Of a DNA stretch of 64,000 nt, positions 1-11,882 are shown one piece after another. Position 1 is the first letter of the stretch, and each line of letters starts with the position of its first letter. The stretch covers positions 832,001 through 896,000 of the forward strand of contig OY762926.1 of NCBI GenBank assembly GCA_963666735.1, given 5' to 3'. The position numbers were made by a program, and so were the translations under genes. Under the pieces are notes generated by a model. The model searched no databases and was not told the DNA's origin. It worked only from the letters and a program-made list of their open reading frames with translations. Source of the DNA: Gemmatimonadota bacterium. Its GTDB lineage: Bacteria; Gemmatimonadota; Gemmatimonadetes; Palauibacterales; Palauibacteraceae.

Positions 1-651
1 CTTCTTGATCACGACGTGCCGCGGGCCGCGGCTCTGAATCCAGCGCGCGGCCCGGGTCAGGTTGTGCTCCCCGGAAAGCTGTTTCGCCTCTTCGTCGTTC
101 AGGGTGATCAGGTCGATCTTCGCGATGACCTCGGCGAGGCGCTCCGGCGTGCCCTCGATCCAGTAGTTCATGGTGTCGCACGCCGCGAGCACGGGCGACT
201 CGATCTGGCCCAGAACCTCGAGCTGCAGGGCAGGGTCGATGGCGCCCAGAAAGGCCAGTGGCGCACTTCGGAACCTGTCGGGAATCGTCGGATGGAAGTC
301 CGCGAAAACCCCCAGCTCGGTGAACGTCGTGTCCCTCGTATTCATGTCCCGGTGATAGAAGCCGCCCCACCGGAAGCTGCGGCCGGACCGCTGCTCCAGT
401 CCGGATAGATCCGCGCCTCTGCGGAGGAGGAAGTCGAGTTCTTCCGTCGGATAGTCGTCGCCGATGACCCCGACGAGCTGGACCGGCGCGAACAGGGACG
501 CCGCGGCGCTGAAGTTGACGGCCGTCCCGCCGACGACGCCCTCCCGGTGTCCGAGCGGGGTCGAAATCTCATCGAGGGCGACGCTGCCCACGACAAGGAT
601 CGGCGCCGCTCCGGCCCGGCCGGCCTCGTGTCCGGAGGCGTGGACGGTCAC
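1..651 (-). CDS. PfkB-family carbohydrate kinase (5' part; runs off window start)
   Basis: Not in ORF track. Manual translation from GTG at 651 (GTGA overlap with argS stop) gives ILVVGSVALDEISTPLG..GGTAVNFSAAAS..CDTMNYWI..LNDEEA..VVIKK, typical of PfkB kinases. Confidence 0.85.
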   Translation of the reverse strand, partial: MTVHASGHEAGRAGAAPILVVGSVALDEISTPLGHREGVVGGTAVNFSAAASLFAPVQLVGVIGDDYPTEELDFLLRRGADLSGLEQRSGRSFRWGGFYHRDMNTRDTTFTELGVFADFHPTIPDRFRSAPLAFLGAIDPALQLEVLGQIESPVLAACDTMNYWIEGTPERLAEVIAKIDLITLNDEEAKQLSGEHNLTRAARWIQSRGPRHVVIKK

Positions 652-2336
652 TTCGCGTTCCGTGTCATGGTGTCGGGGGCGGAGAGGCCGAGCGCCCGCA
701 GTCCGTTGCGCAGCGTGATCTGCACCGCGCGCGCGAGCCGGATTCTCGCGCCCCGTTCCGGGACGTCCGCCAGGATCCTTTGCGCCGGGTCCAGATTCCC
801 CTGGTGATACCAGGCGTTCACGAGCCCCGCCGTCTCCTCCAGGTAGGCGCAGACCACGTGCGGAGCCCGGCTCGACGCGGCCGTCGCGATGACCTCGGGA
901 AGCCTCAGGACGGACAGGGCGACTTCGCGCTCCGCCGGGGTGCCGAAGGTGTCCGGGACCTCGAGAGAGGCCCGAACCTCGTCGGCGACGATGCCCGCCC
1001 TTCGGAACACGCTGCACATGCGTGCATGCGCGTATTGGACCTTGTAGACCGGATTCGCGTCCGACGTATCCAGCGCGAGGTCGAGATCGAAGTTGAGGTG
1101 GACCTCCGCCCGGCGCATGAGAAAGAAATACCGCGCCACGTCCGGGCCCGTCTCATCGACGAGTTCGCCCAGCGTAACGAAGCGCCCGGCGCGCTTGCTC
1201 ATCCGGACTTCCCTGCCGTCGCGCAGGACCGTGACCAGCTGGATGATCAGGACCTCGAGCAGGTCGGGGTACGACAGGGCGCGCAGCGCCGCGAGCATGC
1301 GTTTCTCGTGGCCCTGATGATCCGCACCCCAGACATCGATCGCGGTATCGAAGCCACGCCGCGCCTTGTCGAGGTGGTAGGCGAGATCCGGCAGGAAGTA
1401 GGTGAAGGAGCCGTCGCTCTTGATGAGGACCCGGTCCTTCTCGTCGCCGTGACTGGAAGTTCGGAGCCAGGTCGCGCCCTCCGAGCGATAGATCAGGCCG
1501 CCGTCCTCCAGCGCCTCCAGCAGGCCGTCTATGGCGCCGGACTCGTAGAGGGAGCGCTCGGAGTAGAACAGATCCATGTCGACGCCGAACCGCGACAGGT
1601 CGTCCGCCTGTTCCTCACGGAGCAGCCGCACCGCCTCGCGCCGCAGATGCGCCCGCCGCGCCTCCGGCGTGAGCGAGCCGAGAACCCCGGGGCCAGCGGC
1701 GTCCCGAATCGTCGCCGCGGCGTCGCGGACATACTCGCCGTGATATCCGCCTTCGGGAATGGCCGCGGGCCGGCCGGCCGCTTCCTCGTACCGTGCTTCG
1801 ACGGATTGGCCGAGGAGTTCGATCTGCCGCCCGGCGTCGTTCACGTAGAACTCGCGCGTCACCTCGTGTCCGGTCCAATCCAGCAGCGACGCGACCGCGT
1901 CGCCGAGCGCCGCGCCACGGCCGTGGGCCACATGCAGCGGCCCCGTCGGATTGGCGGAGACGAACTCCACGTTGACGCGGAGCGGCGGCGAGGCCTGCGT
2001 CCGTCCCCAGTCGCGGCCCGCCTCGATGACCTCCGTCAGTCGAGGCCAGATGGATCGATCGGAGAGGCGGAAGTTCAGGAAGCCCGGGCCCGCGACTTCG
2101 ACCGCCACGATTCCCGCGGCCGCGGGGTCGATCAGTTCGCAGACCCGCGCCGCGAAGGCCCGCGGAGGCTGACCCAGTCTCTTCGCGAGCACGAGCGCCG
2201 CGTTGGACGCCCAGTCTCCGTGCGTCGAATCCCGCGGCCGTTCCAATCCCGGAGAGAAGCCTTCCGGGGCCCCGGCGGCGGAAAGGGCGGACCTGAGCGC
2301 TTCGGAGAGCCGGGCCAGCCCGGCGTCACCCGTCAC
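648..2336 (-). CDS. argS: Arginine--tRNA ligase
   Basis: VEFVSANPTGPLHVAHGRG (HIGH), WGADH, MSKRAG, YKVQYAHAR. Confidence 0.97.
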   Translation of the reverse strand: MTGDAGLARLSEALRSALSAAGAPEGFSPGLERPRDSTHGDWASNAALVLAKRLGQPPRAFAARVCELIDPAAAGIVAVEVAGPGFLNFRLSDRSIWPRLTEVIEAGRDWGRTQASPPLRVNVEFVSANPTGPLHVAHGRGAALGDAVASLLDWTGHEVTREFYVNDAGRQIELLGQSVEARYEEAAGRPAAIPEGGYHGEYVRDAAATIRDAAGPGVLGSLTPEARRAHLRREAVRLLREEQADDLSRFGVDMDLFYSERSLYESGAIDGLLEALEDGGLIYRSEGATWLRTSSHGDEKDRVLIKSDGSFTYFLPDLAYHLDKARRGFDTAIDVWGADHQGHEKRMLAALRALSYPDLLEVLIIQLVTVLRDGREVRMSKRAGRFVTLGELVDETGPDVARYFFLMRRAEVHLNFDLDLALDTSDANPVYKVQYAHARMCSVFRRAGIVADEVRASLEVPDTFGTPAEREVALSVLRLPEVIATAASSRAPHVVCAYLEETAGLVNAWYHQGNLDPAQRILADVPERGARIRLARAVQITLRNGLRALGLSAPDTMTRNAK

Positions 2337-2671
2337 GAACCGGAATCGCCTTCCGACGACCCGGCTGAGGCGGCTCCGGACCTGGACGAGCCGCCGTCCC
2401 GCGACCGGGACGAGGCATCATCCGACCGATCGTCCGATCCATCGTTCGACGCCTTCGCGGCGGTGGATTTCCCGCCACCATCCGCCCCCTGCCGATAGTC
2501 GGTGGCATAGAAGCCCGGCCCCTTGAAGACGATCCCACCTCCGGTCGAGATGAGGCGCTCCACCTGCCCTTCCCCGCACTCCGGACAGAGGTGGACGACC
2601 GCGTCCGACATGCGCTGGAACTGCTCGAAGTCGTGTCGACAACTGCGACATCTGTATTCGTACGTTGGCAC
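2333..2671 (-). CDS. FmdB-family zinc-ribbon protein with low-complexity tail
   Basis: (M)PTYEYRCRSC..CPEC..FKGPGFYATDY; start placed at GTG 2671. Confidence 0.85.
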   Translation of the reverse strand: MPTYEYRCRSCRHDFEQFQRMSDAVVHLCPECGEGQVERLISTGGGIVFKGPGFYATDYRQGADGGGKSTAAKASNDGSDDRSDDASSRSRDGGSSRSGAASAGSSEGDSGS

Positions 2672-2759
2672 TCGTGCCCCTGGATCAATCTGTGGAACGC
2701 CCAACCTGTCCGTTCAGCGAATGCTCCGCGGCGCCCTCGAGGCCCGGCAGCCGTGACTG

Positions 2760-4318
<1,559 letters not shown>

Positions 4319-4322
<4 letters not shown>

Positions 4323-4822
4323 GAAGTCTCCGCTTCGAGCGTCACGAGCACCTGATCGCGGTCCACGACGTCACCGGAGCGGACCGCGATTCCGGCCACC
4401 GTTGCCGGTTCCCGGGCGCGCAATTCGTTCTCCATCTTCATGGCTTCGATCACGACCAGCCCATCGCCGGCGTCCACGCGCTGCCCGGCTTCCGCGAGGA
4501 CGCGCGTGATCAGCCCCGGCATCGGCGCGCGCAGCTCTCGCGGTCCGCCGCCCACCGCGCTCCGATCCGCCAGCGCACGGAGGGCCCGGGTGCGTTCGTC
4601 CTCCACCGTGACGTCGAACGTCCGGCCGCGCACCGTCAGCCGCCACCCCCCGGGCGTGCGGCGCGCGAACACGCGATGGTTCGCCCCGTCCAGCACGAGT
4701 TGGACTTCGCCCTCCGCCAGCCACGCGAACTCGGCTTCCCGCTCCGAGCCGTTCAGGCGCACCCCGGAGACGAGCCGTTCGACCTCGAAGCTCCCGCCGT
4801 CCACCTCGACGTGGTACTTCAT
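4319..4822 (-). CDS. Biotin carboxyl carrier subunit of acyl-CoA carboxylase
   Basis: APMPG..EAMKMENE biotinylation motif; start at ATG 4822 (MKYHVEV). Confidence 0.92.
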
Positions 4823-4829
4823 GACGGCT

Positions 4830-6323
4830 TCACCACTCCCGACCCGCCCGCATCCACGCCGACAGTCCGTGCCCTCCGTCCCGGGAGCGGCGCCCACCGC
4901 CGGAAACCACGACGCGTGGCCGGTCCTGATCCGCGAGGAGCACGGCGGCCGCCAGGGCCACGTCGCGCAATCCGGGATCTGCGACCTCTCCGAGTCCGGG
5001 GTGTTCCTCCACGTACCTGATGGAGAGGGCGTTCGCCCGGTAGTCGGGTTCGTCCATCACCGCGAGATGCCAGGGGACCGTCGTTTCGACGCCGCCGATG
5101 ACGAGCCCTTCGAGCGCCGACCGCATGCGTCGGATCGCAGCCTCCCGGTCCGGAGCGTGGACGACCAGCTTGCCGAGCAGCGAATCGTAGTGCAGACCGA
5201 CCTCCGACCCGTTCCGGATCCCGCCGTCCCAGCGCACGCCGGGCCCCGCCGGGACTTCGAGCCGGTCGATTCGACCGATGGATGGGAGGAATCCGGCGGC
5301 GGGATCCTCCGCGTTGATGCGGCATTCGATCGCGTGCCCGCGCGCCGTGGGCGGATCTCCGCCGCCGAGCAGTGGAAGCCCCCGGGCGACACGCAGTTGC
5401 TCCCGCACGAGATCCACCCCTGTGACAAGTTCCGTCACGGGGTGCTCGACCTGAATACGGGTGTTCATCTCGAGGAAGAAGAACGCGTCTCCTTCGACCA
5501 GAAACTCGACCGTGCCCGCGCCGCGGTAGCCGACCGCCCGGGCCGCCCGCACCGCGACCTCCGCCATCCGGCGCCGGAGTACGTCATCGATGGCCGTGGA
5601 CGGTGCTTCCTCGATGAGTTTCTGGTGTCGCCGCTGGATCGAACACTCCCGTTCGCCGAAATCCACGGTCCGTTCGTCGTCGGCGAGCACCTGAATCTCG
5701 ATGTGGCGGGGGGAACGCAGGAAGCGCTCCGCGAACACGCGACCGTCACCGAAGGCGCTCTGCGCTTCGCGCGTCGCCTGCCCGAACGCTCCGGCCACCT
5801 CATCCGCGCCGGAGACGACGTGCATGCCCTTTCCGCCCCCTCCCGCCGCCGCCTTCAGGACGATGGGGAATCCGATCTCTCCAGCCGCGAGGACGGCCTC
5901 GCGCGCGGAAGCGAGCGGGTCGCTGCCCGGTAGAACGGGGACTCCGGCTCGCACCATACGCGCCCGGGCCCGCGTCTTGTCGCCCATGATTTCGATCGCC
6001 TCGGCGGGAGGTCCGACATGGACGAGTCCGGCGGCCCCGACGGCGCGAGCGAAACCGGCGTTCTCGGCCAGAAAACCGTACCCCGGATGGACCGCGCCCG
6101 CCCCCGTCGCCTCCGCGGCCGCGAGGAGCTTGTCGGTCGACAGGTAGCTTTCCGCGGCGGCCGCCCCTCCGATCCGGATCGCCTCGTCCGCGAGAAGCAC
6201 ATGCGGGGCCCGACGGTCCACATCGGAGTAGACCGCGACCGTCTCGAGGCCCTCCTCGTGGCAGGCGCGGATGACCCGAACCGCGATCTCGCCGCGGTTC
6301 GCGATCAGAACCTTGTCGAACAT
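4830..6323 (-). CDS. accC: Biotin carboxylase subunit (acetyl/propionyl-CoA carboxylase)
   Basis: KVLIANRGEIA, HPGYGFLAEN, GGGGKGM, RECSIQRRHQK, EMNTRIQVEHPVTE. Confidence 0.93.
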   Translation of the reverse strand: MFDKVLIANRGEIAVRVIRACHEEGLETVAVYSDVDRRAPHVLLADEAIRIGGAAAAESYLSTDKLLAAAEATGAGAVHPGYGFLAENAGFARAVGAAGLVHVGPPAEAIEIMGDKTRARARMVRAGVPVLPGSDPLASAREAVLAAGEIGFPIVLKAAAGGGGKGMHVVSGADEVAGAFGQATREAQSAFGDGRVFAERFLRSPRHIEIQVLADDERTVDFGERECSIQRRHQKLIEEAPSTAIDDVLRRRMAEVAVRAARAVGYRGAGTVEFLVEGDAFFFLEMNTRIQVEHPVTELVTGVDLVREQLRVARGLPLLGGGDPPTARGHAIECRINAEDPAAGFLPSIGRIDRLEVPAGPGVRWDGGIRNGSEVGLHYDSLLGKLVVHAPDREAAIRRMRSALEGLVIGGVETTVPWHLAVMDEPDYRANALSIRYVEEHPGLGEVADPGLRDVALAAAVLLADQDRPRVVVSGGGRRSRDGGHGLSAWMRAGREW

Positions 6324-6339
6324 CCGGCCTCGGAGGGGA

Positions 6340-7887
6340 TCACAACGGGATGTTGCCGTGCTTCCTGGGCGGGTTGCGGTCGCGCTTCTCGGCCATGGCT
6401 TCGAGCCCCGACACGAGGCGCGCGCGCGTCTCGCGAGGATCGATCACGTCGTCGATGAACCCGCGTTCCGCAGCCAGGTAGGGGTTGGCGAATTTCGCCC
6501 GGTACTCCGCCTCCAGTTCGGCGGTGCGCGTCGCGGGATCCTCGGCCGCGGCGATCTCGCGCCGGAACAGGACCTCCACCGCGCCCCTTGCGCCCATTAC
6601 CGCGATCTCGGCGCTGGGCCAGGCGAGGTTGAGGTCGCCCCGGATGTGCTTGGACGACATCACGTCGTACGCGCCGCCGTAGGCCTTGCGCGTGATGACG
6701 GTGAGCTTCGGCACGGTCGCCTCGCAGTAGGCGAAGAGGAGTTTGGCGCCGTTTCGGATGATGCCCTCGTGCTCTTCCCTCAGTCCCGGGAGAAAACCGG
6801 GCACATCCTCGAAGGTCACCAGCGGGACGTTGAACGCATCGCAGAAGCGGACGAAACGTGCGGCCTTGATGCTCGCATCGCTGTCCAGGACGCCGGCGAG
6901 GACCGCCGGCTGGTTGCCGACGATGCCCACGGCGTGCCCCCCGAGCCGAGCGAAGCCGGTGATGATGTTACCGGCGTAATCGGCGTGGACTTCCATCAGG
7001 CTTTCGGTGTCGACGACCCGACGGATGATGTCGAGCATGTCGTACGGAAGCTTCGGATCGTCCGGCACGATCTCGAGAAGCGCCTCGCCGGACCGGTTCG
7101 CCGGATCCGTCGTCTCCCGCCACGGAGGCGTCTCCTGGTTGTTCGAGGGCAGGTAGGAAAGGAGGCGGCGAACGGCGCCAAGCGCCTCGACCTCGGTCGC
7201 CGAACGGAAGTGCGCGACGCCGGACCGGCTCGCGTGCACCGCCGCGCCGCCGAGTTCGTCGAACGTCACGTCCTCGTGCGTCACCGTCTTCACGACGCCG
7301 GGGCCCGTGATGAACATGTGGCTCACCCCGTCCACCATGAACACGAAATCGGTGATGGCGGGGCTGTAGACGGCCCCTCCGGAACACGGCCCGAGGATCG
7401 CGCTCAGCTGCGGGATCACGCCCGAGGCCAGCGTGTTTCGGAGGAAGATGTCGGCGTAGCCGCCGAGCGAGGCGACGCCTTCCTGGATCCGTGCGCCGCC
7501 GGAATCGTTGATCCCGATAAAGGGGGCGCCGTTCCGCGTCGCGAGGTCCAGCACCTTCACGATCTTGCCGGCGTGCGCTTCCGAGAGCGAGCCGCCGAAA
7601 ACCGTGAAGTCCTGGCTGAATACGTAGACGATGCGGCCGTCGATGCGGCCGTAGCCCGTGATGACGCCGTCGCCGGGGATGCGCCGGTCCCCAAGCCCGA
7701 AGTCCGTGCAGCGGTGCTCGACGAAGCGGTCCAACTCCACGAAGCTCCCCTCGTCAAGGAGGATCTCGAGGCGTTCCCGCGCACCCAGCTTGCCGCGCGC
7801 GTGCTGGCGGGCGAGCCGATCCGGGTCGCCGCGGGCGGCGCGCTCGGAACGGGCCTCGAGTTCGGCCAGCTTCTCGCGCATGCTCAC
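6340..7887 (-). CDS. pccB: Propionyl-CoA carboxylase beta (carboxyltransferase)
   Basis: [43 protein letters not shown] terminus. Confidence 0.93.
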   Translation of the reverse strand: MSMREKLAELEARSERAARGDPDRLARQHARGKLGARERLEILLDEGSFVELDRFVEHRCTDFGLGDRRIPGDGVITGYGRIDGRIVYVFSQDFTVFGGSLSEAHAGKIVKVLDLATRNGAPFIGINDSGGARIQEGVASLGGYADIFLRNTLASGVIPQLSAILGPCSGGAVYSPAITDFVFMVDGVSHMFITGPGVVKTVTHEDVTFDELGGAAVHASRSGVAHFRSATEVEALGAVRRLLSYLPSNNQETPPWRETTDPANRSGEALLEIVPDDPKLPYDMLDIIRRVVDTESLMEVHADYAGNIITGFARLGGHAVGIVGNQPAVLAGVLDSDASIKAARFVRFCDAFNVPLVTFEDVPGFLPGLREEHEGIIRNGAKLLFAYCEATVPKLTVITRKAYGGAYDVMSSKHIRGDLNLAWPSAEIAVMGARGAVEVLFRREIAAAEDPATRTAELEAEYRAKFANPYLAAERGFIDDVIDPRETRARLVSGLEAMAEKRDRNPPRKHGNIPL

Positions 7888-7894
7888 GGGGCGC

Positions 7895-9829
7895 TCACCG
7901 GATGCCCATCGTTCGCCCGCGGGGCCGCGTGTCCGCGCGCAAGGTGTCCACGCGCACCGAGTCGCGCGGCGCGAAGGGGGACGGCGCGGCGCGCACCTCC
8001 GCCAGCCAGCGGAGAAGCTCCTCTCTGTCCGCCTCCGCGGGCGAACCGTCCACCAGCATGCGGATCTCGGTCGAGCGCCGCACGACGGATCGTCCGGCTT
8101 CGGGACGCAGGCGGCCCGTCACGCCCTCGATTTCCGGCCCCGACTCGAGGTACGCCGCGAGCGCGGCCGGGATCGGCAGTTGCGCGCCATCGAGCGCGGA
8201 GAGCACGAGGAGCGTCGCATCGTGTGCCAGCGCCGGCATAATGTTGTCCCGCAATGTCTTTCGGTATCGTCTCTCATAATCCGCGACAAATCGCCGCCAC
8301 GGCGTGCCCGGGCTGACGCGGTCCGTCGCAAGGCCGATCACGCGATGGTCCGTCGCGAAGCGCTCGAGACGACGCAGAGTAGCCGGTTCGGCCCACGCCT
8401 CGCTCCCCAGCACGATCACGTTGTACAGCCCGTAGTAGAAGAGCTGAGGGGCGACGGCGAGGACGCCGGACGCGGACGCCGCCGGCGCGAAGACGACGTC
8501 GGGCTCCGAGGCCGCGACGGCTTCGATGGGTCCCTGGAAGGTCGTGAGCCCGGGGTCGTAGCGCTCGTGCCCCACGAGCAGGCCGCCGTTCTCCCGAATC
8601 GTTCGCGTGAACGCATTCACGGCGCCTCCGAGTCCGACCCCGTTCGGCTCCAGCACGGCCACCCTCCGGAGCCGCAGTTCCTCCAGCGTCCAGCGCGCGA
8701 GTTCCTCCGCAACGTCCAAGACGCGCGTATCCGCGTCGTAAAGGGTGTACGTCGCCGACGCGGGCCTTAGCACATCCGTCGCCGTCGGGCTGATGATCGG
8801 GAGCCTCGAATTCCGCCGGGCCCGGGAAGCCGCCGCGAGAGACTCGGAGCGAAGCGGACCCACGATCGCGATCGCGTCGCGTCCCTCGAGCGCCCGCACG
8901 AGACCCGCCGTGTTCTCCGGATCCGATTCGTCATCGAGGAAGATGAGTTCGACCTCGAAGCCGGCCGGGCCCCCGCCGCGGTATCGCTCGACCGCGAGTT
9001 CGATCCCCTCGCGCAGCATCTGGCCCACTTCCGCGAGGTCGCCGGTGAGCGGCAGGATCGCGCCGATGCGCGCGCTGCCGCTGCCGAGCTCCGTTCCCGC
9101 CCCCGCGATCAGCTCCGCCGTGACCCGCTCGGGTGCGGCGGGTTGCCCGTCCAGGATGCGAGCGGCCAGGCGCCTCGCCTCATCTCCCTCCTGCTCGACG
9201 ATGAGCAGGCGGACGAGTTGCGTGTGAACGATCGCGGCCGCGGCCGTCTCGGGCGGGAAGTTCTCCGCCAACGGGCGCAATTGGCGTTCCGTAAGGGCGG
9301 CGGCCAACCGGCGGAGATTCTCCGCGCCGACGGTCTCCATCCCCCCGGGCGTGGCGAGGATCGCGGCGACCGCCTCGGGCTCGCGGCCCGTGTCCGAGAG
9401 AACCCGGACGAGTCGCTCCAGGGTGGCCGTCCGCAGGGGGCCGGCAGGGGCGTGGGCGAGGAGCGTGCCATAACGGTCCGCCGCGGGGCTCGGGAGCCTC
9501 TGCGCCTCCAGCGCCCGGCCCGCCACGGAAAGCGCGCGATCCGCGAGCGCCCGGAGAGGTTCCGTCTCGCGCCAGGCGGCGTTCAGCGAATCCCCGCGCG
9601 CCGCCGCCGCGGCGAAGCGCCCCTGCTCGAAGTCGGACTCGGCGACCCGGAGCGCGGCCAACGCTCCTTCCGCATCGACAGTGCTGGGCGCGGCCGTCTC
9701 GATGGGTGGGTTGCCGGCAATTAGCGCACAGCCCGCGACCGCGACCAGTACGGCGCCGCAGCCGAGGACCAGGCGCCCCCGCGCTGCGCTTCGCCGCTCC
9801 TGGAAGGGGCTACTCCCCTGCCTCACCAC
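7895..9829 (-). CDS. LpoA/LppC-like lipoprotein (helical N-domain plus type I periplasmic-binding fold)
   Basis: Possible lipobox VAGC; TPR-like region; [23 protein letters not shown]. Confidence 0.7.
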   Translation of the reverse strand: MVRQGSSPFQERRSAARGRLVLGCGAVLVAVAGCALIAGNPPIETAAPSTVDAEGALAALRVAESDFEQGRFAAAAARGDSLNAAWRETEPLRALADRALSVAGRALEAQRLPSPAADRYGTLLAHAPAGPLRTATLERLVRVLSDTGREPEAVAAILATPGGMETVGAENLRRLAAALTERQLRPLAENFPPETAAAAIVHTQLVRLLIVEQEGDEARRLAARILDGQPAAPERVTAELIAGAGTELGSGSARIGAILPLTGDLAEVGQMLREGIELAVERYRGGGPAGFEVELIFLDDESDPENTAGLVRALEGRDAIAIVGPLRSESLAAASRARRNSRLPIISPTATDVLRPASATYTLYDADTRVLDVAEELARWTLEELRLRRVAVLEPNGVGLGGAVNAFTRTIRENGGLLVGHERYDPGLTTFQGPIEAVAASEPDVVFAPAASASGVLAVAPQLFYYGLYNVIVLGSEAWAEPATLRRLERFATDHRVIGLATDRVSPGTPWRRFVADYERRYRKTLRDNIMPALAHDATLLVLSALDGAQLPIPAALAAYLESGPEIEGVTGRLRPEAGRSVVRRSTEIRMLVDGSPAEADREELLRWLAEVRAAPSPFAPRDSVRVDTLRADTRPRGRTMGIR

Positions 9830-11672
9830 CGGAATCGGACTGCTCCCCCTCGTCCGTGTCGTCCGCCGCGGCGCCGGACTTCGACGCCGCCATGTTCTCG
9901 TACTCTACTTCCTCGGCGTCGTACGGGACATCCGGCGCGTCGACGACGGCGAGAACGATGCGGCGGTTGATGGGATCGGTCTCAAGTACGCGCAACTCGA
10001 GCCGATGCCCCTCGTCAAAGTGGTCGGAAGGCTCGTCGATCGTCGCCTCCACGCCGAGTTGCGAGATCGGCACGAACCCTTCGAGGTCGCTCCCGAGGTT
10101 CACGACGACGCCCTTCTCGAGCAGCCGCGTGATCGAGCCCGCCACTTCTCGCCCCGGCTGGTAGGCCTGCGCGAGCTGGTACCACGGATCTTCCTGCACC
10201 TGCTTCAATCCGAGGGAGATCCGCTTCTGGTCGGGATCGATCGAGAGCACGACGACATCGACCTCCTCCCCCTTGCGGAGCACCTCGGCCGGATGCTGCA
10301 CCCGCCGTGTCCAGCTCATGTCGGAGATATGGACGAGACCGTCGATTCCCGCCTCGACCTCCACGAAGGCGCCGAAGGACGTGAGGTTGCGGACCAGCCC
10401 GCGGATCTTCGTCCCCGGCGGGTACTGCGCCGGGAGGGCCAGCCACGGGTCCTCCTCCACCTGCTTCATGCCGAGCGAGATCTTCTGCGCCTCCTCATCG
10501 ACGCGCAGGACGACGCATTCGACCTTGTCGTTGATGCCGACCAGCTGGGAGGGATGGCGGACGTTGCGGGTCCACGACATCTCGGAGATGTGGACGAGAC
10601 CCTCGATACCGCGCTCGAGTTCGACGAAGGCGCCGTAGTTCGTGATCGACACGACCCGGCCCAGCACGCGTGTCCCGACCGGGTATTTCTCGGCCACGTT
10701 CTTCCAGGGGTACTCCTGAAGCTGCTTGAGGCCGAGCGAGATTCTCTCGCGGTCCCAGTCGATGTCGAGGATCTTGATCTCGAGCGTCTGGCCGATCTCG
10801 CAGACTTCCGAGGGATGGCCGATGCGCCCCCAGGACATGTCGGTGATGTGGAGGAGGCCGTCCATCCCGCCGAGGTCGATGAAGGCGCCGAAGTCGGTGA
10901 TGTTCTTGACGATTCCCGCGCGCACGTCGCCGACCGACAGCTCCTTCTTGAGTTCCTCGCGCTTCCCCGCCCGTTCCTCCTCGAGCAGGACGCGGCGGCT
11001 CACCACGATGTTCCGGCGGCGCTTGTTGAGCTTGAGGATCTTGAAGTCGTACTCGTCGCCGAGAAGATCGTCGACGTTGGGCACGCGGCGAAGTGCGATC
11101 TGGGACCCCGGAAGGAACGCGTCGACCCCCATGAGGTCGACGGTGACGCCACCCTTGATCTTCCGCTTGATGCGCCCCTGCACCGGACGGTCGTTGTCGA
11201 AGGCGTCCTTGATCTTCTCCCAGACGCGGAGGAAATCCGCCTTCTTCTTCGACAGGACGACGACGCCTTCCTCATCCTCGAGGCTCTCGAGGAGGACGTC
11301 GACGGAATCGCCCATCTGCACTTCGTCCGGATCCGCGAACTCGTCGAGCGGGACGGCCCCTTCGGACTTGAAGCCGACATCGAGGATGATGTCCGTCTCC
11401 GTCTTTCCGATAACCTGCGCGGAGACGATCTCGCCTTCCGTGATGCGGCTTAGGGTGTCCTCGTAGAGCGCGTAGAGTTCGGCGTACTCCGCCTGGTCGT
11501 GCTGGGAGTCATCCCGAGGGTCCGCGTCGAGATCCAGGTCGATGGCGCTGGGCTCGAAGGCGGCCGGGGTCGCGACCGCGACCTCCGCGTCTTCCTGAAC
11601 GGCGTCGTCGACTTCCGTCGGCGCGTCCGTGGTCTCGGGGGCGTCGGTCTGAGGGTTCGTGTCGTCGGGCAT
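9810..11672 (-). CDS. rpsA: 30S ribosomal protein S1
   Basis: Repeated S1 domains (FGAFIDLGGMDGLLHITDMSW, EGLVHISEMSW); follows cmk. Confidence 0.97.
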   Translation of the reverse strand: MPDDTNPQTDAPETTDAPTEVDDAVQEDAEVAVATPAAFEPSAIDLDLDADPRDDSQHDQAEYAELYALYEDTLSRITEGEIVSAQVIGKTETDIILDVGFKSEGAVPLDEFADPDEVQMGDSVDVLLESLEDEEGVVVLSKKKADFLRVWEKIKDAFDNDRPVQGRIKRKIKGGVTVDLMGVDAFLPGSQIALRRVPNVDDLLGDEYDFKILKLNKRRRNIVVSRRVLLEEERAGKREELKKELSVGDVRAGIVKNITDFGAFIDLGGMDGLLHITDMSWGRIGHPSEVCEIGQTLEIKILDIDWDRERISLGLKQLQEYPWKNVAEKYPVGTRVLGRVVSITNYGAFVELERGIEGLVHISEMSWTRNVRHPSQLVGINDKVECVVLRVDEEAQKISLGMKQVEEDPWLALPAQYPPGTKIRGLVRNLTSFGAFVEVEAGIDGLVHISDMSWTRRVQHPAEVLRKGEEVDVVVLSIDPDQKRISLGLKQVQEDPWYQLAQAYQPGREVAGSITRLLEKGVVVNLGSDLEGFVPISQLGVEATIDEPSDHFDEGHRLELRVLETDPINRRIVLAVVDAPDVPYDAEEVEYENMAASKSGAAADDTDEGEQSDSGGEAGE

Positions 11673-11847
11673 AGGGAATCAAGCTCCCGCGCGGAGCCAA
11701 CGGTGCGTCCCGCCGGGCCTCGTGGCAAAAAAGAATCGACCTCAACCGAGCTTCACCACTTCCGCCCAGCCGCCGGCCGATCCCTGTGTCGGGTCTCCAC
11801 AGGATGCGGGGCGAAGCGCCACTTTTTCCGCCACGATCCTCGAACAG
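11673..11847 (-). promoter_or_regulatory. Structured rpsA 5' leader (candidate cis-regulatory RNA)
   Basis: Closing stem TCGTGGCGGAAAAAG (11836-11822) / CTTTTTTGCCACGA (11733-11720); inner stems CTTCGCCC/GGGCGGAAG and ATCCTGTG/CACAGGGAT. Confidence 0.5.
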
Positions 11848-11853
11848 TAAGCC

Positions 11854-11882
11854 AACCTAGATTCAAGCTGCGGAAGCGTCAA
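11854..11882 (-). promoter_or_regulatory. Sigma70-type promoter for rpsA
   Basis: TTGACG-17nt-TAGGTT; the -35 overlaps the aroA-cmk stop codon. Confidence 0.65.
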
